A DNA stretch of 64,000 bases from Adineta vaga (Eukaryota; Animalia; Rotifera): positions 11,594,001 to 11,658,000 of the forward strand of contig CP075495.1 of assembly GCA_021613535.1 (NCBI GenBank). Reading direction: 5' to 3'. Below, in pieces: positions 1 to 14,904 of the stretch. The stretch's first letter is position 1; each line of letters begins with the position of its first letter. The notes beneath the pieces were generated by a model, which worked only from the letters and a program-made list of their open reading frames with translations, did not search any database and had not been told where the DNA came from. Made by a program: the position numbers and the translations under genes.

Positions 1-3000
1 TTCGTCATATCGAAAATATCAATGTTGGTTTATTACGTCATTCAATAAAATTTATTGATATTGCATCGAAACAAATTGATGACGAAGCTCAACGTATGTT
101 ATCTGATCTACGTGATGTTCGTGTAAGTAAATCAATTTTTATGAAAGAAGAGAAAAAAAAGTTTCTTTTTTTTGAAAACAATAACAACGTAATCTAGGTA
201 CCTGCGATATTGCCTGAAACGAGTATTATTCGATATACAGTTCAATGGTCAGATGAAGATGGTTTAAATAAAAATGTGCATGCAGATTATTTACAAGATT
301 TTATTGATACATTTTATCGACGAATTATTGATTTAATTGATCGAGGTGTTGGACAACAGAAAAGTTTAGCTGCCAATCGGTAATAATTTGCATATTAGGG
401 AATTACATTGATTGATAATCGAATAAAATGATCTTTATACTTATAGAGTTACACTGAAATTCTTCAACAACTTCATGTAGTCAATAATTTCAGTCAAGAT
501 TTTCAAGGACGTACGGATATTCTTGAACGTGTACGCCATTATGTTCAAGGTACTTCAAAACAACCCTTAGTTCTATGGGGTGAAGGTGGTTGTGGAAAAT
601 CAAGTGTGTTAGCAAAAATAGCATCGGAGTCAACTTCATGGCTTCTATCAAAAACTTGTACGCCAATACGACTCGTTCGATTTCTCGGTACAACGCCGGA
701 TAGTTCATCGATTGGTCCATTATTACGTAGCGTCTGTCAACAATTAAGTTATGTATATCAAGTGCCAGACAATACCATTCCTGTTGAATTATCACAATTA
801 ACTAATCATTTTAAACGTTTATTAGAAAAGGCAACAGTAGATAAGCCTTTGTGCATGTTTTTTGATTCATTAGATCAATTATCATCAGCTGATGGTGCAC
901 ATTCGATGTCTTGGTTACCACCAACGTTACCAAATCATGTTAAACTTGTATGAAAAGAACACATGTCTATTCCTTATGGAAAATAATTTATCATTATATT
1001 CTTTTCTAGATAGTGTCAACATTACCTGGCATATTCAATATATTAAATACACTTCGAAATTTAATTGATAGTCGAGAAAATTTCGTTCAGGTAAATATCT
1101 CTTCATTGATAAAGTTATATTTTGAATTGCGTGTATTTCTATATTTAGATTAAACCATTGGGTGAAGAATTAGGTAAAATTGTTCTGAAAGCATGGTTAG
1201 CTCGTCACAATCGAACAATAACTGACACACAATGGTATGTATTTTCAATTAGAAATTCTCTCTTTTACGTGAAAAACAAAAACATTCTTGTCGTTAGGTC
1301 ATTAGTTCATGAAAGATTGGCTGAATGTAATATACCTTTATATGTAAAGTTAGTATTTGATGAAATTAAATTATGGAAATCTTATACAAAAACAGAAGAA
1401 AAAGATTTGGCAAAATCGGTTTCAACTTCAATTAATAAATTACTAGGTCGAATAGAAAATGCACATGGACATATTTTAGTTGAACATGCTCTATCATATA
1501 TAACAGCATCCAAATCAGGTTTAAGTGAAGCAGAATTAGAAGATTTAATATCATTGGATGAAACAGTTTTAAATGATGTTTATCAATATCATTTACCACC
1601 TATTCGACGTATTCCACCGTTACTGTGGACTCGAATTAGAAATGATTTACCAAATTATTTGGTTGAAAGAGAAGCGGAAGGTGTTAGTGTTGTGAGTTGG
1701 TATCATCGACAATTTGCAGAAGGTAAATATCTAAGTAGAAAGTTAAAGTAATGTTTTAAGTTGAAAAGAATATAAGTATGAAATGTGTTGATGATTAGTT
1801 TTGTATATTCTATCTATTCTATTGAATTTGTGATAAAATAATTTTCTCTATTAACAGTCTCTCATGAACGTTATTTGGCAAATTCTGATGAACGTCGTAC
1901 ATATCATTCGCAAATGGCTGATTATTTTCTTGGTATATGGGCTGGTTGTCCTAAACCATTTCAATTTTCTGACAATCAAAAACGTATGTTTAATTTAACA
2001 TCAACTGACGGTGAAGCTGATCGTAAAGTACCAGCACAGCCCTTGATATTCGCAACGAATAATGCCTCAGCAACAGTCGATGTATCAACAGTTCGTTATA
2101 ATTTACGTAAATTAAGTGAATTACCATTTCAATTAATACGTGCACAACGTGAAGAAGATTTATATACTCATGTTTTATTTAATTATGATTTTATTCATGC
2201 AAAATTATCCTGTATGCCATTGAACTTATGTATTTTTGATTATGAAAGTGCATTGGAATCTGTTTATCATAAAGAAGTAAATAATATTGAAGGAAAATCG
2301 AAAGAAAATTTCATGAATTTTTGTAGGTTAAATTAATGAGTGATGCACTTCGATTATCAAGTTCAGTTTTAGCAGCTGATCCAAGTAATTTACCATGTCA
2401 AATTATTGGTCGTCTACTTCCATTTTATACTACATGTCGAAAAATTGCTTCATTCATTGATCAATGTGAAAGTACTGGTTTGCAAGTAATGGGGCTCGTA
2501 CCAGCATTTAATACATTAGCATCACCGGGCGGTCCACTTGTTTATTCACTAGAAGCACATCAATTTGCTGTTTATGGTCTTGAAGTAGTTTCAGCTGGTC
2601 AATATCTTTTGACAGTTTCGAGTAAATTTATTGTTTTTGATTTATCAAGTGGTGATATTGTGCGAATTATTGATCCAAAAATTGAAGGTATTATGACATT
2701 TCTAGCTGTTGCACCTGATCAACGATACTGTATTACGACAACAATAAGTAATCAATATATTATATGTAATCTCTTAACTGGAGAATTTATTCTACGTGAT
2801 TATCAACCATCGTCAACGAATCAACAACAAATCGGTGGTGGCGCAATGAAATCTATTAATAAAACAAATACTGGATCACCAAGTGATCCCTTATTAGGTG
2901 CAGCTGTTAGCAATACTCATTTTGCATTGTGGACAGCGAAAGTATATCAAGTATATACGAATAAAGGTATGAGTTCGAGTTTTTATTTCGATGAAGATCG

Positions 3001-5339
3001 AAGAAACGATTATGGCATCATTTTGAATCGGAAATTGAAAAAACGTTTATTTTTCTGTAACATTTGTTTCATGTAGGTGAATTACTTACAACTCAAATGA
3101 CACGTTATCAAATCATTCAAATTGAAGTATTAGACGGCCCTGAAGTAGAAATAGTCTGTCGATCAGAAGATGTTAAAGATGATCAAGATGTAGTTCGTGA
3201 TCGTTTAGTAATTGATTATTCTTTTGTTCCACCTATCGATTATTCAACTGATACAAATAATACTAATGAAAATACTCCTCCACGTTGTTTAACTGGTGGT
3301 AGAAAAAATATTCATAGTGCACTTGTCTTAACACGTGATAAGCGACGCATGTATACATGTTGCGAAATCAATGATAATAATGTGGAAATGTATCTGAATA
3401 AATCACATCCAATTAATTATACAACTCAACGCATTTGGGCATTTGATCATCAATTATATGAGAATAAAGATCGGTCAGTTTGAGTTTTGTTCGGAAAAGT
3501 TTTTGTATCTTTGATAGTTTGATTCTTTTTTTCACAGAATATTTTCATTTATTCTAAGTAATGATGAAAATTATCTTATGGCAGTGACTTTTAAAGGTTT
3601 TAAAATCTTTTCATTTCGATCATATTTATGGAAAACATGTTTATTACCTGGAAGTGTACGTAATATAATGAGTGGTACAAAACGTTTAACATATACTGCT
3701 GCATTTTCTCATGATAATCGGTAATTTTTTGAAAGATTCTATCTTTTTCGATATCGAGACTTCTATTCTTTAGTTACTGTATTGCCTGTGTTAAATCAAG
3801 TGTTTACATATTTGAAATTGAATGGGGTGATTTATTAGCATCATTCGATTCCCATTTCGGTCGTATACTTGTTTTAAAATGTTTATCAACAGCTACGGGT
3901 GGAAATAATTATATTATAACAACTGGTATGGATAAAACGACAAAAGTATGGAATTTACAAAATGCACGAGAAAAATCAATAACAATTGCACAATTAGATA
4001 AAACAATTGAAATGATGCATATTTCTACAGAAACTCAAATTATTCTTGCACAAACACGTACACAATTGTGTTTATTCGATATGAAAAATGGATCAATTCT
4101 TGGACAGTTATCTGCTAATCCACATGGATCAATATATCAATGTAGGATTCGTAATTTTAACTAGAAGAAATTATTATTTTAAGATATATATATATAGGTA
4201 CAACGATGTGTACTAATGGTTTATTTGCAGCATCAGCTGAATCTGGTAATCTTGTACTATGGGATATTGAAGAGAGAAAACCAAGTTTTGTAACACCATT
4301 AAAAAATGTTTGTCAACTTCTTCTTCATTCAGCTGAAACAATGGTAAAAGGAAAATTTAATAAATCTTTCTCATCAAAGATATTTTTTTAGGTATTAGTT
4401 TTAACTTGTGAAGCAGCTGTAGCTGCTGTTCCTAGTGCATCAAATAATGCACCAGCAGGTAATACTTATCTTGGTCAAACTGTTCGAGCTGTTTCATATG
4501 CATTACCTGATGGTGATATTGTCTATGAAATTACATCGAATATTAAACGTATGAATCAACCAAAAAAAGTTGCATGTACAGCCGAAGATTCATATATTAT
4601 TTGTATTGAAGAGAAGAAAAATAGTGAAGTATTGGCATTATACGATCCAATGACAGGTGAACATGTATATAATATTAAATTGAATTATTCAGGTTATAAA
4701 GATATAACATCAATGGTACCAATTCCGAAACAACCTTATCTTGTTGGTTTAATTGATGTAGAGAAAGGTGTGGTGATGAATCTTAGAGATAAAAAGGTAA
4801 AAAGATTACTTGAAAAAAAAACTAAAATGAATGTTAGAATTGGAATCTAAAAATTTTTGATACAGGTTCACATAGTTTTACCGAAATGGAGTGGTCAAAT
4901 ATCGAATGATGGTAAATATGGTTTATATGCTCCAACACGTGGTGGCCTTGAAATATTTGATTTTCGTAATGGTAAAGTAGTTCGTACTTTAATTGGCAAA
5001 GTTGCTGAAGGTGTATTCGATGTGATCACATTTTTTACACCAACCAATCAACATGTTATCTATTACAATAAAGGTAAACGTACTATTCGTGTATTTCGTT
5101 CAATTGATGGTCGACAAATTGCTGATATGAGATGTCCAGCAAAAGTTCGACAAGCTTGTGCAACACATGATGGACGAGCTTTAGTTGTTGGATATGAAGA
5201 TGGAGCTGTACAAATGTTTTTAATTGTTGATCCTTATGAACCATCAACGATTGCTTATTTAAAACAATGGAGAGAACAACAATTCGAATCAGCAATGGAA
5301 TCTACATCTCAAGAAACTGTTGAAAAACCATCTGAATAA
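1..5339 (+). CDS. NACHT and WD40 repeat protein (NWD1/NWD2-like STAND NTPase), multi-exon, 5' end outside window
   Basis: Walker A LWGEGGCGKSS near 574-606; RFLGTTPDSS, FFDSLDQL (Walker B), SGLSEAELEDLISLD and RRIPPLLWTRIRNDL motifs typical of NWD proteins; C-terminal WD40 repeats; ORF pieces join through short GT-AG introns; stop TAA at 5337-5339. Confidence 0.9.
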
Positions 5340-6759
5340 ACCATGACATGACATTTCTTAACTGTTGTCTTTTGTTATTCTACTACAATTTCAAATTAAT
5401 TTACATATTTAATAAGTTTTTTTCTTTCTCATTTCACATCATAGATGAAAGAAACAAAAGAGATTAATCACTTTGAAATAAAAAGTTCAATGAGACAATA
5501 ATGACACTAAAAATAATTCTTCACTATTTATAGAACGTATATTTTTATCAATGTTGAAATAAGCAGATTTCTTTTCGGAGAAGAGCATCATATCTTTTCC
5601 ATATTTCATTTAATTACATTCCTACTAGATTGTATTTATCATAATAGAATAGTGAAATGCCACAATCAATTTACATAAAACTCAGTAAGTTCTTTTATGT
5701 TAATTATGTTGAAAATATCGACAATAGAAGTTAAAATAGTTCCATCTGTCATGTTTCCGTTAATCTAATGGATTGTACTTCAAGTATTCTTTAAAGTTTA
5801 GACTATAATGAGTAGATATAAGACGATGAAAAGTAAGTATATTGTAAACATCAACCGCATGCTAACGAATACGTTGTAAATTTATCTATATTATACTAGA
5901 CTTTGAATATATTTCTCATTGTACTTTTCTATTGAGAACAAACGAGTTGTTCATTATCAATATGAGTGTTTATAACAAGATTATACTGTATGAATTATGA
6001 ATCTACATAAGGATTTATTTGATTCCAATGATTAGTTTATCCTATGAAGAAAATATGCGCACGAGATAAATAAAAAACTGGAATTAGGACTAAAGTAAAA
6101 GATTACACATCTGTTCATGTGAAAACAGTTATTGTAGTAAATACCACTGTCAGAAAGTAGAAATGTCATGTGAAGGAGGTATTCTGATAGGCAGGCTTGA
6201 TGATACTTTTTATTAGTCAAAGTTTTATTTATATAATATGTGATGTCTTATGTTTTCAAGTAACAGTTCTTTGATTCAATCATTCGAGTTATAGTATCTT
6301 CTTCTGTGTAAATTTCATTTTTTCGTCTCTAGAAGAAAATACGCTTATTCAAATGAGAACGATAATAATCATCATCATATCTCAACATAGGAAAAAATAT
6401 TCAAATTTAAGTCGTTTATCTTCTTTTTTCATTAGTACGACCAAATGGTAGTGTTAGTATGTGACTATGCTTAATATTCATCGAAAATAACAAAAATTTT
6501 AAGTAAGAAAATAATGCATAAACATGACGACAATAGAATATTTCTTTTGCTTAACAGCGCCATCTTTCGTTGTCTTGAATTTTGCTTCCGTTAACTACGA
6601 ATCATTGTTCAAGTCATCTAATGTTCGTAAATAAACATGTAAATACATCCTGTATGTAAGATTTCTTCGATTATGATCCTTTAGTGATAGTGTTCTGATT
6701 AATTATATAATTTAATCGTGTGTTTAATATATCTGAATGTTTGTTTTGTAGAAGTTAAC

Positions 6760-9035
6760 ATGGCAGAAGAAAATTCCAATGGTTATTTCAATCCTCGTTA
6801 TAAAGCTCAATCAACATCTCAACTTCTAACACCTGATTCAATTATTGTTAAGTCTATTCCATCTACACCATCGCCTTCTTCATCAACATCGTCATTAGCT
6901 GCGTCAAATAGTCCAAAAAATAGTCTATCATCCTTTTTAAAAATTCCATTACCAAGTCGAAAATCAACAGTTCCACAACCAACAGAAGATCGTTTTATTA
7001 TGACAATTATTAAAAGTCCATCAAATAATAGACAACGTATGTCATCGAATTCTTCGAATGATCTTACTACAGCAGCAACAACAACAATAACAACAAACGC
7101 CATACAACAAACAGTAACAACAATGAATGAAGAATCTGGAAATAATAGTAAATTTTTTAAAAATAAAGTTACTGCTGCATTTAATCATATGAAATATCGT
7201 AAGTTTTGAAAATAACTTATTCGAATTATTTAATTTTGTTTTTCTCTATTTTTCATCAGGTTGGGTCGTACGTATGAGACCAAATTTTCGAACGAATGAA
7301 TCACCTATTTATTTTCTGGGAAAGATTTTCAATGGAAAAGATGGTAGATCATATTTACCTGAATTTTTATTAAGAAATTAATTAAATTTATTTTTATTTT
7401 TATTTTAGAATCAGCATATGATGATATGCCTCGTCCCTATAGTGAACAATCTTATGCCAGTTTTTTAAAATCATTTTCACAACGAATCTATCTTTCCTAT
7501 CGAAAACAATTCGAACCATTAACTGGTTTAACACGTAGTGGAGATCCAATAACATCCGATTGTGGTTGGGGTTGTATGATACGTTGTGCTCAAATGTTAC
7601 TTGCTCAAACATTACTTATTCATCTGACAAATACAATTAATTTACCACACTCAAATATACAAATGTCCGATAAATGTAATCTATAAGAACGAAATGAAAA
7701 TCAATATTGATTTGATTTGAAACGTTTCTATTTTAGGTCCACGACGAAACTCACTTGAATGTTTTCGAAATGCAAATCGAGCAAATCGACGAACGCAAAT
7801 TTATACAGATATCATTCGATTATTTGGTGATTTTCCTAATGCTAAATGTCCATTTGGAATTCATAAGTAGGATTGAAATTATTTTCAATGAGATTAAAAC
7901 AATTTTTTCCATGATGATTCATTTAGAATTGTTGACATTGGTACTACACATGGTATTCGTCCGGGTGATTTTTTTGGACCAGTGAGTGCAGCACATTGTT
8001 TGAAAGAAGCTTTTCAAACAGCTGTTGAATTGAATCAAATATCAGATATGCTCCGAATTTATATCAGTCAAGATGCGATCAGTATGTTTTGATTTCTTTT
8101 CTATCTGCAGATTTTCTATTCAATATTTCTAGTTTATCGACAAGATGTTATTGATTTATGTTCAGCACCATCGACTGCATCGAAAGAGAAATCTTCTGAA
8201 TTGTCAACAAATTCAACTGAAAATCAGATTAGCAGTTGGTCAACATCTGTACTTATTCTCGTCCCATTAAGATTAGGTTTAAATGAACTTGATTTAACTT
8301 ATGAATTTTATTTAAAAGAAGCATTAAAATTATCTCAAACAGTTGGCATTATTGGTGGAAGTCCACGACATGCTGTTTATATTCTTGGTTATCAAGATGA
8401 AAGTTTTATTGATCTTGATCCACATTTTAGTCAAACAACTGTTAATGTTCTTGATGATAATTTTGATTTATCGGTATGATCAAGAAAATAGGAATAGGGA
8501 AAAAGAATTTCTACTCTCTTCTCTTCTAGAGTTATTCATGTACATCACCGAAAAGATTAACTGCAAAAAAAATGGATCCAAGTTGTACATTAGGATTTTA
8601 TTGTCGTGATAAAGCTGATTTTGAAATGTTTTGTGCGCAAGTAATTCGTGACACTGAAAAATCATTTCATGATTGTAGTTTTGATCATTTTAGTGGAATC
8701 ATATTTGTCATATGGCAACCGATGATCGACGTACTTGTCCAATATTTCGTATTGAACGTGGAACATTTCAAGAAAATCATGCACGTGTCTTAAATTTTGA
8801 TTATCCATCATTAAATGATGAAGAGAATGTTTTTCTTCGTGTAACTAAACTGCCAGCGTCAGGTAGTAATTCTCCTCTATCAATGTCAAATTCTTATTCA
8901 TCGAAAAAGTCCAGTTCATCAACACATCAATCTCATGAAATATGGAATGATAATAACCGATTATACAATGAACATTCAACAAAAAATCATCGTACTCGAA
9001 AACATTCTCTCTCCGATGATTATGTATTCTTATAG
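6760..9035 (+). CDS. ATG4: Cysteine protease Atg4 (peptidase C54), multi-exon
   Basis: Catalytic [10 protein letters not shown] motif, [14 protein letters not shown] (catalytic Asp/His), [12 protein letters not shown]-terminal LIR-like DDYVFL; Ser-rich N-terminal extension. Confidence 0.95.
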
Positions 9036-9349
9036 TTTCGAAACAAAATCTTTCTTCTTTTGTTGCCTATGAATTCTAGTCAATATAACGTGTGCAATGA
9101 GATTCCTTTCAATTGTTCAGGTTCTAAATCTGTTGTAAATCGTTCATCGAAATATTTATGTATGCATGTATATGTACGTTATTGTTATTTCTTTCTTTCT
9201 TTCTTTCTCTCTTCTTTTGTCGTTGGGAAGTGTGGGTGCTGTAAGATATATTTATCTATGTATCTACTTTGTCCGATTAATATACATATAAGAATGAAAC
9301 ATCGAGATTAATTATTGTATCAATGAACAGGTGTTTTTTTTCGTTCTAG

Positions 9350-9903
<554 letters not shown>

Positions 9904-10558
9904 TTCATCATAGTCACATACGCGCGAGATGATTGACAGTACAATGTTAAATATACACACATGTTAATATCAGGAGATGTACTTTTTTTCTCGTTATTTA
10001 AAATAAAAAATTCGGTTTCTTTTCTTTTTTTGTTTAATTTCATTTTTTCTTTGTCTTTCTGAAGTATATATTTCTCTCTTTTTTTTTGTTCTAGAGAAAT
10101 GTGTCAATTTATTTTGTCATCATGATTGGACTGCTCTCTCTCTCTCTTTCTCTTCTTGATGTTTGATAAAGTTACTAGTATTTCTTTTCGACATCTAATT
10201 ACTACTTGTCTTTGATTAACATCTAACTTCGTGCTATACTTTCGTGACAATCATCTCGTTTATTATTGGTTCAATCGAGACATTTAACTAATAACTAGAG
10301 ATGTTCGTTTTTTTTTCTTCATTCATATACAAAAAAAAACATACATAAATTTATTCCTTTCGTCGTTCAAATGTACATCTCGTACAAGTCTTCTCATTTT
10401 TCTTTCTCTTTCTTCTCTCATTTGTATGTATAGAGTTGACCTCGAAACATCATCATTATCACTATCTGTAAAATAGAAGATTGATAATCAGAAGAATATT
10501 AACTAAACAGAGAAATTTTTCTTATTCTTCTTCTAGATTCACTATCGGATGTGTGTCG

Positions 10559-12375
10559 ATGTCACCACAATTACCAGAAAGACAGATGGTGACCACACCA
10601 TCATCATATTTGTCAGATGTTGAAATGAAACCACAGAAAAATCGATCTCATCGTCGTCGTCAAAAATTGTGTACAACACAACGTCTTCCAGCAACGTTTG
10701 CATGGCTTCTTCTATTATCAACTTCATTCGCTTATTGGATCTGTATCTTTCCAGAAATTCTCATTGTTCTACCACAATTTTTACCACTACTAATTTTTCA
10801 TTGTGTTTTATTTGTTCTTGTTTGTGCAAATTTCACCCTTGCGACATTTATGGATCCAGTAAATATTTCGATTTCTATTGAAAAAGAAATTCATCATTTT
10901 TTTTTCTAGGGCATTTATCAACAATCATTAAAAAATGAACATAAGAATGTTAGTTTCTATACTCGCTCAAACAAGCGTAAAGGTGGAATTGAAATAAATG
11001 ATGATGATGATGATGATGATTTTGATGATCCACAATCACGCCTTGTTCGTATAAGAGATGGTAAGTTCTCATTTTCGTTTTCTCTTTATTTATATTTAAT
11101 GATATATAATTCAGGATCGGTTTACATCAAATATTGTCGTACCTGTAAAATATTTCGTCCACCACGATGCTCACACTGTTCGATATGTGAACGATGTATT
11201 GATGTAAGTTTAATTCGATTGATGAATATTCGATTTAAATATAATGAAACAATGACCTTGTTTTGCATATTTCTTTCTTCATTTTTTTTTGTTCTCATTA
11301 TAGACCTTCGACCATCATTGTCCTTGGTTAAATAATTGTGTTGGTATGTCATAGAGAGTTCAGTGTTAGGAACCAAAAAAGAGACAAATTGTTCTTCTTT
11401 TTTCAACGAGCCAATGAAGCGTGATTTTTGAAAAAAAAAGAAAAAATATGACATTTAAATGGATGAGAATGAGCCTGATACACTCATCAATAGTAGAATT
11501 ACTGAATCTTCTCTTTTGTTTTTAAATAGGTCGCCGTAATTATCGTTACTTCTTTCAATTTTTATTCTTTCTATGTATCCATATGATATTACTTTTTGTA
11601 TTCTGTCTCTATTATGTTCTTCATGATCGTCATCATAAATTAGTTATACCAAATTTTTCGTCATTACCATCTAATAATCCTTTATTAAAAAGACAAAACG
11701 ATTATTCATCATCGATATATTTTGCCAACAAAACAACATTTGTTGGTTTTTCGGACTATCGATTTATTCTATGTATTATCTTACTTGTTCTTCTTGGTTT
11801 AATGGCCATACCACTTGGTGGTTTAACAGGTTTTCACATCTATTTAATAGCACAAGGACGAACAACAAATGAACAAGTTACAGGAAAATTCCGTATTCAA
11901 AATGACATATTTAATGGTGGATGTTGGAAAAATTTCTGTTATGCTCTATGTCAACCGATCTATCCTCGATTACAAGCACCGAAAATAAAACGTTATGATG
12001 TCGATGTATTTACACAAATGGCATATGGGAAAATGAAATATAAAATATCGAATAATGGTTATGAAGGAAATAGTCAATTGAATCATATGACGAATGTGCA
12101 TCTTAATCCAATGGATGACAAAAGTAAGAAATGAACTGTTTTGAACAAAGTGATGTTCAATCACAGGATATGTTAGAAGGAAAAAGCAGGATACGAATCT
12201 ATCGATTAATTCATCTATACGGATAATTACATTTCTACTTGTAGGCAGTAGTTTATTTTATAGTTTATATTCAGTGAACTATGATAGTACAATATAAAAA
12301 GTCATGAAATAGATTCTTCAGATAAGTTTTTTTTTAAATACCTGCAAGGTATTCGAAGACCAACAATTTTCAATC

Positions 12376-12406
<31 letters not shown>

Positions 12407-12968
12407 CAATTTTATTATAGTTCGTCAATACAATAATCCACTTCATATTTCTCATCAAAAGGTAAATAAATATTTAAAAATCTTGAACTATTCTATTTCT
12501 TCAATTTCATAGCCATCATCATCGGCATCTTCAGCATCTGTCACATCTTCATCTTCGATTCAACCTATGAAAAAATCTCTAATACATCAAACCAAAAAGC
12601 CTGAATATGATTCTATGCGTCGTAGTCTATCGAATATGTCTCTATCTTCACGTTGTTCATATGATAATGTTGATGAGAATGATGATGATCTTCATCAACC
12701 ATTACCATATTATAGTAATAATAACAATAATAATAATTCGAAACAAATGAAAAGAATCTATATGAATCAAAATTCTATTCAAGCTGATAATGTCTCAACA
12801 AATAGTATGGCAACATTACGTACAGATTCTTATCGTCAAGCTCATCCGTTACAATCGTTTGCATATGATTATCCCAAACGGCCATTAATATCTCAAATCA
12901 ATCAAGCAACCGATCAACAAAATCGAAGCAAATTAAATGGAAATAAACATTATGAAATATCTGTTTGA
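10559..12968 (+). CDS. DHHC palmitoyltransferase, ZDHHC5/8 type
   Basis: [23 protein letters not shown]|[14 protein letters not shown]|[15 protein letters not shown] (TTxE motif), long tail ending in the PDZ ligand YEISV characteristic of ZDHHC5/8. Confidence 0.93.
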
Positions 12969-13324
12969 AAATAAACAAAAAAATCAAGTTTTCTCTGTGA
13001 TTATTAAAGATATTTATTTTCTATAATCTGTTTGTTTATTGTGAATATGAATTATGTTAGAAGTTTCCTTGTTGTTGTTGTTGTTTTTCATGTCGTCAGT
13101 GTTATAAAGATTATTTCTTTGAAAAAAAACCATGAACGCGTGTTTGTGTATGTACATAGGTATATATATATACATCATGGAATTCTGTATTTCTACTTGG
13201 TTCTTTGTATTGTATAGAAAATAAGAAAGATTTTTGTTTGCTGTTCGAATTTTTTGTTTCTCTTTAAAAAAGAGGCAATGAAAGTAAAAGAGAAAAAAAA
13301 CACATCTTTATTTCTGTTTTTATT

Positions 13325-13708
13325 CTAAAGATATTCTGAACATCTATCACTGCATCGTTTACATTCACATTGAGTCACAAGATAATATTTAATTGCTTGA
13401 AATTGTTTGTTTTGACATAGAACGTGAGTTTCATGTGATTTTGTTGCACTTGGTGAACAACAATGTACATTATGTTTATATCGATGTTGGCCAGATGTGT
13501 GACGCCAATCATAAACGAGATGTTCTTCGGAATAGCAGTGACCACGACATCGTGTTGTTTGAATTGAAATCGAATAATTCAAACAATTTCGAAGATAGAC
13601 TGTTTCATTGTAAGATTCAACGCCACAATCATGCATTGTGGAACTTCTCGATACGATTGTGTAAGTTGAGAATATTAGGAAAAAAAAGATCATGAAAAAT
13701 CCAGTCAT
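13325..13708 (-). CDS. Secreted cystine-knot protein, glycoprotein-hormone (GPA2/GPB5)-like, single exon
   Basis: Hydrophobic signal peptide; Cys pattern C-C-CRGHC-CC-C-CECxxC-C (11 Cys); N-glycosylation sequons NET and NYS. Confidence 0.8.
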   Translation of the reverse strand: MTGFFMIFFFLIFSTYTIVSRSSTMHDCGVESYNETVYLRNCLNYSISIQTTRCRGHCYSEEHLVYDWRHTSGQHRYKHNVHCCSPSATKSHETHVLCQNKQFQAIKYYLVTQCECKRCSDRCSEYL

Positions 13709-14219
13709 CTTATATGATATTGAAAAAGTAAATGAGAAAGAGTGTGTATGCTAAGAAAGCATCTTTCTTCTCTTTTCATAATCCTCAAGTTAAATTAATT
13801 CATTATTTTTTCCTCTATGGATATTAATTTGTCGTTGATATACTTAATTGTTTTATCAAAAAAAGAAAAGAATAGAACAAGAGAATTTTCATGACATCCA
13901 TTATCCATTTTTTTTTCTACTTTATTTCGTAGCCAATGAGGAAAACAACAACAAGAAGAGTAATGAAGAACAGATAGAGTAGTAATAGTTATAGTAGTAC
14001 ACATATAGAGGAACAAGACAGAAACAGTTGTATACAGAAAAAAATAGAGATAGAGATAGAGACAAGCACGAGTTTTAAGTGTTCAAACATCTTTTTTTTC
14101 ACATACAAAACAAGAATGTCATTCTACAACAATATAACAAGTAGTACACAGAAAAAATTCTGAACTCGACAGAAGAAAAAGGATAAGGAACGGTTAGAGA
14201 TTTAATTTTTTTAGTTCAT

Positions 14220-14739
14220 TTATTCTTCATCATCTTCATCGTCATCATCATCGTCATTATCTTCATCCGATGATTTTGATTTTGATGCAGGTTTCTTTCT
14301 TCCACCTTTGGCTGGTGCAGCTTTTTTGCTTGCACCTTTTGCTGGACCTTTACCTCCTTTGGCGGGTGAACTACTAGCACCACCACCACCGCCACTTTTC
14401 TTGTATTCAGCAACACGTACTTCATATTTTTGTTTTTCAACAGCAGCCTTTTGTTCATAACGTTTTTTAACATCGTCACTAAAAAAAAAGAAAACATTCG
14501 ATTAATAAGTACATTGAATATTTGTGAGATTTTTTATTTCGTTTCGTTTCATTTTCTTACCTAACTTTTTTCCATCTTGAACCAATTTCTTTTGAAATAT
14601 CACCAACTGATAATGATGGAGTTTTCTTCTTTATATCTGGTCGTTCATCTTGTGAAAAAAGAAAAAACGCAGATAATGGTCGTTTTGGTGCATTTGGATC
14701 TTTTGTTGCTCTTTTCGATGAACCAGTAGCACGAGGCAT
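14220..14739 (-). CDS. Single HMG-box chromatin protein with basic linker and acidic tail (HMGB/HMG-D-like), 2 coding exons
   Basis: KDPNAPKRPLSAFFLFS...EIGSRWKKV|SDDVKKRYEQKAAVEKQKYE, then a Lys/Ala-rich linker and a DEDNDDDDDDEDDEE tail. Confidence 0.93.
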
Positions 14740-14904
14740 AATGATTTATTGATATGTAATAATGAAGATATTGAAAAAATATATATGAATCTAGAAGAAA
14801 ATCGAAATGTATAAAACTATTCTATGTTCAGAAAACATCGTCAACAAACCAAACGAACTAACGAACTAGCGAACTGAACATTAGCTATCGAATAAATACG
14901 ATCA

